Positions 35,409 through 49,774 of a stretch of 64,000 nucleotides of DNA are shown here, piece by piece (the first letter of the stretch is position 1; every line of letters starts with the position of its first letter). The DNA is from Tubulanus polymorphus (lineage: Eukaryota > Animalia > Nemertea). The notes beneath the pieces are model-generated. The model saw only the letters and a program-made list of their open reading frames with translations. It did no database searches and was not told the origin of the DNA. The stretch covers positions 11,558,850-11,622,849 of the forward strand of contig NC_134029.1 in the NCBI RefSeq assembly GCF_964204645.1. Direction: 5' to 3'. The translations under genes were made by a program, and so were the position numbers.

Positions 35409-35931
35409 ATGACTCTGATTCAACAAGGTGTTGTCCCGGAAGTACTAGCCGATGTATTTTATTTTTCACTATTCACAAACAACAAAAGAAACACCAGAAT
35501 AATAAAAGAAGCGCGTGTTCTGACAGGTTCAAATATAAGAAACTATCTTGAAAAAAAAGAATGGGAACTTGATGAAAAAAAGAACGTTTACAAAGAAATA
35601 AGAGCGATTGAAGAAAAAAGAAGAAAAAGAAATTAACATCGCCGAAAAAAGGAAACAAGAAGGTTCAAATTGAAAATCCAAAAGAATGAGAAAAGAAAAA
35701 GTTTACGAATCCTCCATCATTGATCTCGAAATCGAACTTGACTATGATAACAATGATGAATTGTGGTTCTGTAAAACATTTGACTTACCAATCAAACCGG
35801 TAGACTCTCAGGATATAATCAATATTGAATGGATAGCGTGTGATCACTGTCACAATTGGTGTCACATGTTCTGTGTAGAACTCTCTCAAGCACCTTCACA
35901 ATTCATTTGCAAGTTCTGTGATGAAGAATAG
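35409..35931 (+). pseudogene. C-terminal remnant of a pogo/DDE_1-type transposase with PHD finger
   Basis: ARVLT + K/E-rich helix, then WIACDHCHNWCHMFCV...FICKFC; frameshifted and lacking one Cys ligand. Confidence 0.6.
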
Positions 35932-37224
35932 AGATGTCTTAACGAATGATCTCGTTAACGAGTTTACATGTTTTATATTTTACATTTTAAATACATATTT
36001 TAATCTTTTAATTCCAATAGTAACCTACATACATTTTGTCCTTTTATATTCGACAGTTATTCACAAACACAGTCACTGCTGTTGGACTATCCTCACTTGC
36101 CAAGGTTTGGTCGTCTCCTGTCAAAACTTACGCCCAAACTCCCCTGGCAAGATTCTCGGATCGAAAGCAGGTTGCCAAATAAATGTACAGATTTAAACTT
36201 AAGACTAATTTTTGATTAATCTTAATTTAATAAAGAACTTGTGTCAGTCCCTAATTTAATACAGCAAGATTTTGGAAATAACTATGCTACTATAGTATAA
36301 GGAGTAACTTCATTGTTTGCACGATACAGACTTTTGATGCGAGGGACCGAGTTAGCATCCGAACCCACCCTAGGAATCCAGCTACAACCTGAGTACCAGC
36401 AGAATAATCTGTTGATTGAGGCTGGTTACCAGGATGATGATGAAGGTTGAAGATCATTTTTCTACATTTTTTGGTCGTTTTCCACGAGCAAATAGTCTGA
36501 TAGTTTATCGTATTTTTTTGGGGGGTAGAATGTAGAAGTTCTCTATGTTGATTGTCTGGCGTGTTGACACTAGATAAAAGGAAGCGCATTTCAAAATGAA
36601 AATTATCAAGATGAGAGTATGGTCCTGGTATACGAAGTGTATTATAATGACAGTGCAGCTCCAACGTGGATGGGGCTCTCCATCAAGGGATGCAGTTGGT
36701 ACTTCACATCTGGTGAGGACTTAGCCTAAAAGTAAACCAAAATCACCCCTGTAATTAGTTAGTTACCTAATCGTTGGTGGTGAGCTTTTTATAATCGGAT
36801 GGGCTTATACCAACGTTAGGGATGACAAGGGCCAAAATACCGTTGAAAAAAGTAACACTTCAAAAATATACTTTCTATTCACTTCAGTCCACAATTAATG
36901 GCTTAAATCACAAACTAACACAGGTACCTTTTGAAATAATCCAATTTTATGTATGTTTCGAGCGATTAATCAACATTATTTTGAGAAATTAATTAATTTC
37001 TTCACAAATTTCGCCATTGACCGCCATTTCTCTGTATTGCATACATGTGGCATGATAGACTAGGTGACCTACAAGGATTTATATAAAACTTTCAAAACGA
37101 AACGATAGTTTTATTGATAGTTTTCCAACTTATATTTCAAATCTTCGTGGGTTCCACAATAAATGATGAAAAAATAAATTCTGGTTGAAGAAAATGTGAA
37201 TGAGTGTTGATTTCTTAATTTTTG

Positions 37225-38075
37225 GTTTACCTTTGTCAGCGATATGAAGTTGGCATTGAGCCAATTCATGTAAAATCGCGGTACGTTTTTTTATGTGAGC
37301 ATTTGTTTCATTGGTTCTCGGCTTAAACGACGTATAATCGATGCGATTGAAGACGTGGCGAACCTCCGTCGATGACATGGTCAACATTGTTGAAATTCTA
37401 CGAAAAACTGTTTTTGGCGGGAAAATTCTTAGCTCTCGCTTATAAAATTGCAATGACCTCGATTGGGAGGCGTTGTCTCTACGAGCGAATGTGATTGGCT
37501 GTTTTTGGGATATACGGGGAATTCTGGCGCTACCGTACTAAAATAATTATGGGAAAGCCATAGAATGGCGAACGTTTCATTTGACTAGGTGCCGTATACG
37601 TGCGAATTTTAAATGCTCATTGCTGGTTAGAATGTAATTATTATCCGCCATAGGTATGGTTTCATTTTAATACCCGGTGATTGTTTTGATTGACATTGAA
37701 GTGTAAGCGAACGTTCACTACACGAGGCCTCCACGTGCGCGCAGAATGCTATAGACTGTTGCACACAAACACAGGCTCGTACAGTATACACTACTATAGT
37801 GATACTGTAACCCTGCTTGCTGGCGCGTTTGACATTTCATCAACAGAAGAGTGCTGTGTTTTCTGTTTGATAGAATTTGTAATAAATTGTAATTTCTTGT
37901 GACCTGAAAATACTAAGCAACAAACTATAGGTATAGGTCGAGGTCTGAATATTGTAGTTGTAAATTCCAAGATTTAAAACGATCTAATACGCCGATTTCT
38001 TACTGCACCGGTATTTTAGCTTCCGCGGCCATACATTCAGCCACCCTCGGATATTTGACATCATATGAATTTTAT
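37225..38075 (+). repeat. Dispersed repeat family (copies at about 51645-52535 and 60243-60793)
   Basis: Shared AAATCGCGGTACGTTTTTTATGTGAGCATTTGTTTCATTGG and downstream blocks. Confidence 0.85.
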
Positions 38076-39066
38076 TTGAATATTTTTAGCATTGGTTGAC
38101 GTCTATGACATCATGCCAATGCTAGTAAAATGGATCGAAAATAGTAGTACGAAAAAATAGCGCTGACTCTTCTCATTTTCATAGTAACTTCAAATTGTCA
38201 CTCCGTTCACGTAAAACATTAGAAACAGCTGAAAATGACTAAAAAAAATGTTTCAATTATTCCCCACAACATAGCGTCGCCAGATTTCTGATTTAATGGT
38301 CCAAAAAATGATTCAATCGCATTTTTCTCGTTCATTATCTGGTAGATAAGAGCGGGTTAAACAATCGCATAGCGATATGTCCGCATTGACATTGGCATTA
38401 AAGAATGGGGAACAGCCTCTTCTGAATAGAAAAACATAAAATTATGTACCTCCGGATTATAAATATCACAGTGTTTGGATATCACTGTTATTTCAACTAT
38501 CAGTATCCATGGGATTATTTGGGATTAATTCTCAGAATACGTATTTCTAGAGCAGTGGAACGGCAGCCTACTCGTGACTGAAACCCGTATGTGATCGTGT
38601 GGGAACGCCTTTACTAAAGTTAAAACCATTTCTTGATGACACGAAACATCAAACCGTAAACGGTAGGCTACCACCATGATACGATATCACCAATAAATAT
38701 AGATCATTTTATTCAATTTTACCAGAGTTGTTTATTGGAGGAAAATATCATTGTTAAGTATGCCGAGAACAACCATGTTGTATCATCAATCAGTCGACTG
38801 ACATTGTAAAATTCGATTCGGCTATATTCTAATATAAGCTTTCACTTTAGGACGCCTTACCCGCCTGCTGCGCACTCATAAGGCGGTAGCACCCTCTTAC
38901 GCACTCGGCAGAGATTCGCTTTGTAATGCGCGCCGGGAAAAAATACCTTTTATTATCTTTTCCATGCGTTAAACAACTGTGATTGAATTTACGCGTTGTT
39001 TGTCGTAAATTGCAATATTGCGATGGTTATTTGCCGCTGCTGTAGTTTTTTGGAATTGAATCGAGC

Positions 39067-39298
39067 GGCCTCGGTAGCTCAGTGAGATAAGGCGTGATGC
39101 TGTTGAATCTACTATCAATGCTGAGTGACAAGTGGGTTCGAATCCTGCTGGCTGCGAACAGTGTGCAGGCAACACTTCAAAGGCCGTACTGTCGTGAGGT
39201 TTAATGAACAATCCAATAGGAATAGTCTTGGGAAACCAAGATCCAAACCAAGATCCAGACGTATGTAAAGCCAAACAAACAAAAAGACAAACAAACAA
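39067..39298 (+). mobile_element. tRNA-derived SINE (decayed copy at about 34080-34230)
   Basis: A box TAGCTCAGTGAG (39075), B box GGTTCGAATCC (39135), (CAAA)n tail. Confidence 0.75.
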
Positions 39299-39700
39299 TC
39301 ATCAGCCGGCCTCAGTGACACCAACGCCGGCATCGCTCTCTGCAACGTTTTGCATGCGTACATGCATCAGAGCTTGGAGCTCTAAGATCAGAGGGTCTTG
39401 CAATTGCATTCAGAAAAATCGTTCCTAGGCTAAATCGTTCGGCAGAAAATAAATTCATTATCAGGAATAAAATCGTACTAGACAAATAGACCTTTAAGTC
39501 TGTGGTCCTCCCAATCAACATCGTCATAGAAGATTTGTCGGCAGATGTAAAACATTATAACCACTTAATACCACGGTATAATCTACCAATGCTTCAAGGC
39601 CCATGGGCCTCTTTTTATGTGACGAAACTCAGTGGAAAATATGTTAAAATAATAATCAGCTGGAATCCAATAGGGTTTCTGTCGAGGCAGCAGAACCCCT

Positions 39701-41449
39701 AAATATAGCTGCAAAGCAGCGATAACGTGTTTTCTGCACAGTCTTAGAATCCTGTTCAATGGTTACCACAGTTTTATAAGAGGAAGCTCGACAAACAGTC
39801 AATTAGATCTACTTGAAACCATGGACAACTGGACCAGATGGTCCTATTTGACTCTGGAAAATCGACTGTTAGGCGATAATTAATTACTCTTTATGATTTC
39901 GACAGAGTATTTGATAATGTACAACATCAGCCATTACTAAACAAGGCTATTAGGAAACAGTATCAATGATAGGTCGCCGAAATGGCTCAGCATTATCTCT
40001 GGACGAAAACTTGTAGCCGAAATCAACGGAGCGCCTCATCTTGGAATAAGTCGGTCTAACTAGTGGAGTCACGCAAGGTAGTATCCTAAGTCGTCTTCTG
40101 TTTAATGTCCTGACATATGACATACACAGTAGTTAATTTCCAAAACGACCTTAACACGCTGTTCGACCAAAAAACTTAATGATCCGACAAGAAAATCTTG
40201 TTCGAATGAAAACAATTCTGTTTGATCGAACAATATGCTTTTTGTTTGAACCAAAACTTTTCTTCTTTCTGAATGCTATGTTATTGTTGAAATGAAAAAC
40301 TTATTGTCCCGGCAAAAAAATTTGGTTGAGCGAAAACAATTTTTTCGAACGAATGTTTGAATGAAAACAATTCTGTTTGATTGAACGAAATACTCAATAC
40401 TTTTGGTTTGGAGAAAAAACTTTTTACAATATACTTGTTCGAACAAAAAACTTAATGTTCTGACAAGAAAATTCTGTTCAAAATAAAACGATTCAGTTCG
40501 ATCGAACGATTGTTTCGAACAAAAAACCTTTCGTTTGGACAAAAAAAAGTTTGTTCAACTTTGTTCTAACGATTTTTTCAAATTGGTTCAAAAGAACATA
40601 ATATTATTGGTTGGAACGAAATAAATTTTGTTCCGACGAAAGAATTTTCAAGCGAAAGGTCTTTGAACGAAAAAAAAAGAAGCTATTTCTGAGGCTCCGC
40701 AGTAACTTAAAGCCGGACGTAGGTCGGCCTTGTGACGCGATGCGATTCTCGCGTTGCATCGCAAGTTTCGGAGCAAGTCTGTTGTGATACGATTGTCAGC
40801 GACTGTGTGCGACTAGTTTCTGCCAGTCGCAAGAGCGTGTAGGTTGGTTGTGACAGTGGTGTCGCGTCGCAGAAAGTAGAACACTGGCGACTCCTTGTGA
40901 CTGGCGTTGCTGAAAGTCGCAACCCGTCGCAAGGGAGCGTAGGTCGATGAGTCGTTGCTACACAATTGTCGCTGGCGGTCGCAATGATTGGCGTCGCAGT
41001 GAGTCACAAGCCGTCGCAAGGCCCACCTACGCCCGGCTTAAGTCATTATGAATTAATGAAATAACAGTTTCATTTATGATGAAAAAACTCAAATGAAAAG
41101 TCTGGCTTATAAAGCTGTCTGCTGAGACGAAATTTTCAAAAAAATCTTCATTTTTGGCAATAAAATTCGTAATTGTGATTGATCATTGCAAGTCACAACC
41201 ATTTAATCACTAATTAACATGCATATTAATAAATCTGATTCCTCCTAATAGAGGCTACTAGCCTATGTAGGCCTATATATATGCGTAGGCCTAACATCCG
41301 GACAGATTGGTCGTAGGCCTATTGAATAACAACCCTCCTAAATATCGTAAATTTTGTTTTGAAGTTCAATCCAATGAGTGCGTTAATTAACGCAACAATT
41401 ATACTGTGTTTGTTTGAGACAGTAAAGCTCAGTACCGGTAGGCCTTAAG
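39701..41449 (-). repeat. Right arm of the inverted duplication; includes a CR1/L2-type RT relic at about 39890-40110
   Basis: Reverse complement of 30750-32303; relic motifs DFDRVFDNVQHQPLL and SGVTQGSILSRLLF. Confidence 0.85.
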
Positions 41450-41660
41450 TATGGTGGCTGATAAGGGCCATGCGTAAAAAAAACATGAATATGCAAATGA
41501 GGGCGACATTACAACAAAACGACGAAACTAAAATAACGCGACAAAGGTTTTGTCGCCCGCGACAATTCATTATTTTGGTTTTGTCGCCCGTGGCAATTCA
41601 ATATTTTGGTTTTGTCGCCCGCGACAATTCAATATTTTGGTTTTGTTGCCCGCGACCGTT

Positions 41661-42795
41661 TTTTTAGCCCACTTGGGACTTTAGACACATCTTCAGCCCA
41701 AAAACTGGCCCTGTCAGAATCAAGATGGCCGACTGGCAGCCATTGTTGTTCGCCAAAATCAGCACTTTTTACACATTTTTGAACTTTTTGAGGGAAATTT
41801 TGAAGACGCTTTGATCAACTACCTTGATCTTTCGGTTATATGTGAATCCCTCCAGGGCCCATCAGCATATCGAAAATTGGGTCGGTCGGACACAAGATGG
41901 CCGTACTATGACCTTTTTAGTGCCCAAAAATGTTAATTTTGGCCCGAATTCTGAGTCCTGTAGCTTCCTACTGGTTTGCCATTTCTCATTACAATTTGTG
42001 ATGGGTATTCTTTTGGAAAGGGATGTTTTATACCTGATACAGGTATTTTTCATCAGCCAATTATGACACAATTGGCGGCCATCTTGGTGTCACCAGTACT
42101 CGTTCGTAAGTGGGAAAAAGTTTTTCCACATTACATTGATACCTAAGCGTATTTTGATACCACAATCAATTAGAAAGTTGTAGCTCATAACGTGTTCTAT
42201 GATTGTGGTGAGTTTCAAGGTAATTGGATTTCGTATATGGCCACCAGGGGGTGTTGAATAATACAATATCTTGGCATTTTTTTATTATATTCTTACCTAT
42301 GCATATTTTGTAACCACAATCAATTGGAAAGTTGTAGCTTATGACATCATCTATGATTGTTGCGACTTTGAAGGACATAAGTTTTTCTATATAGTCACCA
42401 GGGGGCGTTGAATAGTAGAATAACTTAGTATTTCCTTATTATATTGGTACCTAGGCATATTTTGTTACCATGATCAATTGCAAAGTTGTAGTTCATGACA
42501 TGTTCTATGAGTGTGGTGAGTTTCGAGGTCATTGGGTTTTGAATATGGTCACCAGGGGGCGTTGAATAGTAGAATGACTTAGTATTTCCATATTAAATTG
42601 GTAACGAGGCATATTTTGTTATCACAATCAATTACAAAATCGTAGCTGCTGACATGTTCTATGATTGTGGTGAGTTTCAAGGTCATTGGTTTTTGTAAAT
42701 GGTCACCAGGGGGCGTTGAATGTTGAAATTGTTAGATTGTTGAGCATTTGAAACAACTTCCCAAGTGGGCATGGCGTCCCTGGACCCCTAGTTTG
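41661..42795 (+). mobile_element. Helentron-type non-autonomous element with about 154-bp internal tandem repeats
   Basis: Subterminal GCCCACTTGGGA / TCCCAAGTGGGC, four CACCAGGGGG units, 3' hairpin, T-rich ends; splits the foldback arm. Confidence 0.75.
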
Positions 42796-43408
42796 TTTTT
42801 TTCGCTCGCGACAATTCAACATTTTGGTTTTGTCGCATGCTGAAAATCAATCGTGACAAAGTATTGATGCGAATGACCTATTTAGATCATCGACCATGTA
42901 CCGAACACTATTATTGTGCCTTAGCATTTGGGGTGATACGACTTGAACACCATTCAATATGTCCACCAGATTCTGGTGATTATAAAGTCATTTTAATTTT
43001 TCTGCCAACTTTATTTCTTCTTTCATATTCATCTAACATTAAACATCATTACGTCCCCTTATTGAAATGAGGTTAACTATCTCAATATATCGATGTAACT
43101 AGGAAGACCTTATTTAAAATGTCGTGATTTTTATGTCGACTTTTTGCGATATTGTCTCAATAAATTGCCATACGTATCACGACATTTTAGCTAAAGAAGT
43201 GATAATTATGTCGACGGTACGCGGTTATGTTGAGATACAGACGTCAACATTGGTGAAAGGCGTGATCCGTATAACGATTTATCGTGATATTAACACGATA
43301 TATCGACTTAATTATGTCGATAAATCGTGACATATCACATTTGTTCGACATAATTTTGTCGTGATAAAAGGTCGCGACGGTTTTGTACGGGTCCCATATA
43401 TACAGAAG

Positions 43409-43806
43409 TACGGAAGCGATAAAGGGCCTCGTGTTGTCGCGTTCCAACTCGACAAAGTCGCCATATTTATGTCGACATATCTCGATATATCGCATCATGT
43501 CGACATATTGTGTCGTTTTGACGACATATTTCGTTTTCACAACCATTTTCCTCGCAACAAGTCGACATATTCATGACGACTTGAAACTCAGTCACCATAT
43601 TACTGGCGTCCTCATCTTACATTTCGACGTGTCTTCTAATGACGGCTTGTCCCGTGGAAAATGGGCAAAAAAGCAAATTTGTCGTGAAAATGTCACGATA
43701 TGTCGACATATTCATGTCGACTTGACGCGATATATCGCGATATGTCGACATAAATATGGCGACTTGTCGAGATGGAACGTGACAACTCGAGGTTCTTTAT
43801 CGCTTT
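43409..43806. mobile_element. MITE with GTCGACATAT-rich TIRs
   Basis: AAGCGATAAAG...GTCGCCATATTTATGTCGACATAT inverted at 43740-43805. Confidence 0.75.
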
Positions 43807-45619
43807 TGACATATAAGCGTATGTACATCTTTAGAAAAAGAAATAATATGTGATCTTTCATTAAGTAGGATCACTTGAATAATCGCTTTAATATCACTTT
43901 AAAAAAAAAAAGAATCTGCCAAAATGACCTTAATATTCGACACTATATCAGATTAATTGACTTCAAAATAGGCGAAAGCATAAGTCTTTATTACGTTATT
44001 AATTGGCCTCATTATTCGAAAGCTAATAAAGTGGGCAACAAAACCAAAAAAATGAATTGTCGCGGGCGATAAAACCAAACTATTGAATTGTCGCGGGCGA
44101 TAAAACCAAAATAATGAATTTTCGCGGGCGATAAAACCAAAATAATGAATTGTCGCAGGCAATAAAACCAAAATATTGAATTGTCGCAGGTGACAAAACA
44201 AATAAATATTGAATTGTCGCGTGCGACAAAACCAAAATGCACTCAGTTGATCCTACTGGACCCATGGTCCTTCATTAAATTTCATAATTTGATGAAATAT
44301 ATTGCGGTTATTAATGCTAGCCAAATTGTCTGATATGATTGTTGAAATTAACAACAATGTTTTATTTTTCTTCCTCAACTTGAGTGGGTCATGAAATATT
44401 GTTTCAGCAAATATTCTAAACAAATCTTCACTTTAGATTGACCCATCCAATATGGTGTGTGGTTCAAAGACCGTGACGATCTCGAGACAAACTCGAGGCT
44501 AAAAATCTACTTTCTAGCGGAGATATCATAAAATAAACCACTGTATTGCATTCCTGATAACATCCTGAGCCTGAAACTGTGATATTTAATGTAATTGATT
44601 GACACTATTTACGAGAGGTGCAGATCTGCACTTTTACCAAATTCACTCAACTCGAAATGGCTCAACTCGAATATTCGTTCAACTCGAACTATTTTTTGAC
44701 CAAAATTAAGTTCAAACTTCTCTCCACTCGAATATCTGAACGACCTCACGGCAGCAAACACAATTATTGATTAAAAACATGCATGCGTTTACTGCTATAA
44801 TTAGTAGGTTACCGTAGGACGATCCATGCTACAATTAAGACGATACATGTACATCGCTCATAAAGAGATTCAGTTATGTAGTACGTACACAAACACACAA
44901 ACTCCAACACGTTTATTGATTTCTACTATTTCGCGCCAAAATAATACACGGTACAAGTCGCCGTTTATGATCATTCATTTTCATCACACCAAGTACATTT
45001 TTGGAGGTAAAAAATGAGACAAAACACGCTTTATTTTCACTGAATTTTTTATGGACTTTTGCCTAAGAGAAGTCCATTTTGTTATCGCATATGAAACTTT
45101 CTTCCTTTGGTACAAAATAACTTCCAAAGGAGGCTTAGTTTCTCTTCAGAACTTAAAATTTTCCGTCCTTTTTTTCGATGAAATTATCTGTAAAAAGTCA
45201 GTCTTCTCCCATCATATGAATTCAATCCAATAGTTTTCACTATTTTTCATTTGTTCTGCTTATAAACCTCTAATCTAGAGTACCAATATTTAATTTTGAT
45301 GCACTCATGTAAATTTCGGAAAGTCCATATTAAGAATTTCGCTGCTTGTATGAAATTTAACATCATACAAACAAACAAACCATGTAGATCGATACTGAAT
45401 CGTTTATTGAGGTTTAATTTCTTAATATTTTTGGTAAATTTCGTAAAAACCCCAACTAGAATCTGCTTAACTAGTTCATTTTTTTCTGGTCCCAATGAAT
45501 TCGAGATGAGTGGAGTCTGCTGAAGCTAGTTGCTAACTTAGTGGATATCAGTGTGCTCATTGTATTTTAAACTTTTTTTGCACTACTGCATCTGTAACAT
45601 AAGTTATTTATCTTTTTAG

Positions 45620-46072
45620 GAGGCAGTCTGTCATCAGCATTAATGGAATTGGACTTGTGAAGCACACTAAAATCATGGGAAATATAATCAAAAGGGCCGT
45701 GAAAAAGCAGAAGGATGTGCCAGCTGAAACACGAACAATTTTCTCAAATTATTGCACGTTTGAGGGGATGGCACCTGCGGAACACCTGAATCGAACATAT
45801 GCAAACAATTTGATAAAGACGACCAAATATAATGTGTGGACATTTTTGCCAAAGAATTTATTTGAACAGTTTCATCGTTTTGCGAATGTTTATTTCCTAT
45901 TTCTCATTGTGTTGAATTGGATACCGGAGCTGAGTGTTTTTATGAAAGAAGTTTCAATGCTGCCATTGTTGTTTGTACTGTCAGTCACTGGAGTAAAAGA
46001 TGCCTATGAAGATTTTAGGAGATATCAGTCTGACAAGAAAGTTAATAATATGAAATCCAGGGTGTTCTTTAA
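45620..46072 (+). CDS. ATP10: P4-ATPase phospholipid flippase, class V; exon with N-terminus and TM1-2 (candidate ATG 45675)
   Basis: [32 protein letters not shown]...KEVSMLPL...[13 protein letters not shown]; acceptor TTTTTAG, donor AA|GTGAGT. Confidence 0.9.
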
Positions 46073-47054
46073 GTGAGTATTTTTTCACCTTTATAAAAAT
46101 GTCTTTGGCATCTGGCCAGCAATCTTTTGTCAGAGTCACCATATATGGCGCATCCAGATTAGTGTTAGTCTTTTCTCATTTTGCCCATAACTGGCAAAAA
46201 TCAATTTAGAGACTCCAAACCTGAGCTGTTCGTTCATAAGCATTTTTAGCCCACTTGCTATTGCATTCACTTTTTGTCCTTGGCCTGTAGGTAGACAGAA
46301 TCCTATTTATGTATGAGGATCATAACACCCCAGTCTCCAGTGGCTGAACCTCTATGTCTGACCAATGTCAAAATAGCCTTGGAGACTTGAAGGTTTTCTG
46401 AGGAGGCTGCTGAACTCATCTTTGCCTCACTTTGCTCCTTGATTGGAGACTAGAGTGGAAACTCGACGGTAATGGGCAATCAGAGCAGTCCCTCTGTAGC
46501 GCAGCCGATTTAAACTTCAATTAGCCCTTAATTTGTCAAAATGCTTATTATGATCTCATTCAATAAGTAGCTAATCCATATACCAGTACAAAATTATATT
46601 TAAATAAATCTCTGGGTTTGAAAAATAGTACACGAATTCGCTAAATCTGACTATTTGCAATACATGTGACGTGAGACTTGTGATGTAAGAATCCCTCCAA
46701 ATTTACACTTTTGAATCATTGATATTTCAGTAATCTCCCAGGGCTTTCAATATAAGTTGTCGGCTGTCGCATCCGCCTGTTAGTAAGAATCCTGCGACGG
46801 CTATGAAATATCTCGTCTGATATCAATGATAGTATAAAAGCTGTGATCAGTGGTTATATCTAAATGTACTGTAGTCATTGTGCATCGTGTGAAAACGTGC
46901 CTCAGATGCGTGGCCTAGTTTAAGTTTCCAGGAAATTGGCTGCCTTCCGAACAACTGCCAATCATTCAGGTGCAACAAACGAGATCCGATAGGAACCAAA
47001 CATTATTTTATACATCTTGCGGTACATAATCTATGAAAGCAGATCATAGGTGCA

Positions 47055-47217
47055 CAGCGGCCGCTCTCCAGAATGTCATAATATACATATATAGTTAAAG
47101 CTTAGGTGATACACAGATGGTGATGGTTGTAGGGAACCTCTTGAATAAGGGTGCATACGCATGAAGTCAGCAATAGCCGCGGCTTTACTTTTTAGCTCTT
47201 CTGGAGAGCGGTCGCTG
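47055..47217. mobile_element. Small MITE
   Basis: CAGCGGCCGCTCTCCAGAA ... TTCTGGAGAGCGGTCGCTG. Confidence 0.65.
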
Positions 47218-47379
47218 TAGACTTGTACAGACGGATCGCTTCTATAAGTCTTAAAATAGTGAGAACAAAACGTAATATTGTTTGAACAATATGAGCCACT
47301 GCCTTCCAGGGCTAGATTACAACAAAATCCAACAATGGAATCAACCGATTTTCTTTGATTCCAGTGAAAAACTTGATGA

Positions 47380-47905
47380 ATCTATTGTAAATTATAAACT
47401 CAATAGGTTGATCATCGATAATTAAGTATAGTAGTTTGATATGCGTACAGTAGGGTAAGTTTAAAACCTTTCTTAAGGCTTTCCTTCAAGCTGAGAACAT
47501 TTTTTTTTAATTGGGTTTAGTAAAATACCACAGAGTACATCCATATAAAGATGAACAAAAATGCTTAAACAATCTAAATCGAACAGAAGAGTCAACAAAT
47601 CTAAATTGAGACATAAGTGAATTGACTCGTGTGTTGAAATCTAGAACACAGTCATTGATGCAGAGTGCATCGGGGCCTCTTCTAATTATGTTACTTAGAT
47701 GTTTGCTTGAAGTGGACTCCTTTATGACCATGTCCTGGAAACAAACACTGTGCTCAAAAACTGAAAGGTTTGTACAGGAATAAAATAAATGAATAGTCTT
47801 AGTAGCAGTGAATAAAACGTCAAACTCCAAAGAGAATTGAGTACAAATGCCCATCTGTATATAAAGTGAGTATTAAGTAAGATGATATCGTCCGCGTACC
47901 ATACG
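47380..47905 (-). pseudogene. Degenerate LINE RT C-terminal fragment
   Basis: YADDIILL and LFKHFCSSLYGCTLW in broken frames. Confidence 0.65.
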
Positions 47906-49774
47906 TCAAACATTGATAATATCAATAATGCGTATGGGGCTCAAGTTTAGACTGGCTTGTCACAATTTGATGGAAGATTGATGATACCAGCATCCCTATA
48001 TAAAAACATTCTTTTTTATGTAGGGATACTGGCCTATCATCCATCCTCCATCAAACTGTGACAAGCCCCTGTGGTTCAGACTGCAGATGCAGTTCGGCAC
48101 TGTCCAGTCAACGGCGGTGATTTTATTGCTCTGTCATCCACTCGATTCTAGTAAAACTCCCCACCTATCCCCTCTAGAGGTGTGAGACATGGTCTGGTAC
48201 TAGATGGGGTTCTGGCAGCGTGGCTCTCACCGTCGGTGTCGTCAGCGTCAGTGAGAATGCATGGAATTTTTTATAGGCGGACCCCTAGACTGACCGTCGA
48301 TACTGAATTTTAGTGGTCATATATATGACGTACTAGAATTCATGATATTATTGGACATGAAAGTGGGAAATGTTGCTTTTTTTGTTAAATTTTTTTAATG
48401 TTGTTTCTAAATGATTTCAGACATCTAACATCCGATTGTAATGGTTGTCAGTTTAATACCCTTAATCATTGAATTATTGAACCTTAGTCATGGATTTTAC
48501 ATTCACACATGCTTCACGTGGCAGTCACAATTACATTAGTTTTAGTCATTCAACGTATGACGTGAATGTCCTTTTTTCAAAACAGGAACGATGATTTAAG
48601 ACAAATATTATGAAGACTGGACGGCAAGAAGCGCACTTGGGGTCCAGGCCCAGCTAGGGTTAGACACAAAAACTGCAGCTTGGGTCTGACTAGTAACGTA
48701 GTTTTAATCCTGTTACCAATTCCTAAATAGTTAATGAAAACGAGTGTGTAGATTATAGTTCCAGTATCTATTAGTTGCTGCTCTGAGGTGTCGAAATAGA
48801 TAGGTGATAAATAGATAGGTCAAAGTAGATGATACATGGTTATACATGATAATACAAGATAATAATTTTTAGTTGTATGAGACAGGTTCTGCTAATAAAT
48901 GCTGACCAAAACTTAATCTTAAATCGTGCAGAGGCCTATTAAAATAACCATTAAATGACTGTAAACTTCAGTCCTATTTGAAAATACACACAAAATAACT
49001 TATTCCAACTTGCCTAAATAGTTTATGAAAACAAGAGTGTTGATTATAGTTCCAGTATTTAGTAGTTGCTGCTCTGAAGTGGCGAGTCCGAATGACCCAA
49101 ACTCGGACCCCCTGAGCAAGCAAACCTCTGGACACTTTTCTAGCCAGTCGATTGGTTATACACAGTTGATCTGACAGATTACTACTTGGCAGAACCTTAA
49201 TTACTTGATGTTTGTGACGGTTGTTTTTGCAGGTGAAGCTATAGGGCACTAGAGATGGTCACATTGTAGAATAAATCCAGTTCACTAGTTTTCTATAAAA
49301 CATGGCTGCTGAGAGGCTTGTGACACTAAGTGGCCCATTAGTAGATGAAATAATACCTCAACACTCAGAGTAGATATCTAAACCGCCTTCAAAATTACAC
49401 ACTTTATAATGTAGATAGTAAAATACTGGTAATGTCCAATATACATATAAGTAATAAAGGTTTAATAAATATATTCATAGCTGGGCCCTAATGTGAGTGT
49501 TACTACACTTACACTAGCAAATCAATTAATTTGATTTTTCTAAAAATGAAAATATGCAATATCATGTATGCACTTATTCTTGGCTTTTATCACTATTATT
49601 GTGCTTTTTTTAGATAGCGAATGGGATTCAAGCATGTCCATGAAATTTTTAATTGATAAGCTTTCGTAACCTCAAGATAACTAAATATAAGATAACTAAA
49701 TATTTCCGTGAAAACAAACACTGTATCAGTGGTTGGAGAAAATTCTGCAACTGCTAATTCTTTGTCTGCAACTG

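Larger units (their letters stand above)
41547..44236. mobile_element. Foldback-like element with arms of about 33-bp tandem units
   Basis: TTTTGTCGCCCGCGACAATTCAATATTTTGG units at 41547-41656 and 42800-42836, inverted at 44038-44236. Confidence 0.7.

Noticed and set aside
35686-35931. Host PHD-finger chromatin gene
   Set aside because: Frameshifted from its upstream part, missing a Cys ligand, and the context fits a transposase tail better.
36290-36700. Possible LINE endonuclease relic on the minus strand
   Set aside because: Only a faint FNLHH-like motif; too degenerate to call.
39067-39155. tRNA gene
   Set aside because: A and B boxes present but no convincing cloverleaf; followed by a SINE body and (CAAA)n tail.
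43124-44265. Overlapping ORFs up to 156 aa
   Set aside because: Open frames arising from MITE and foldback tandem repeats.
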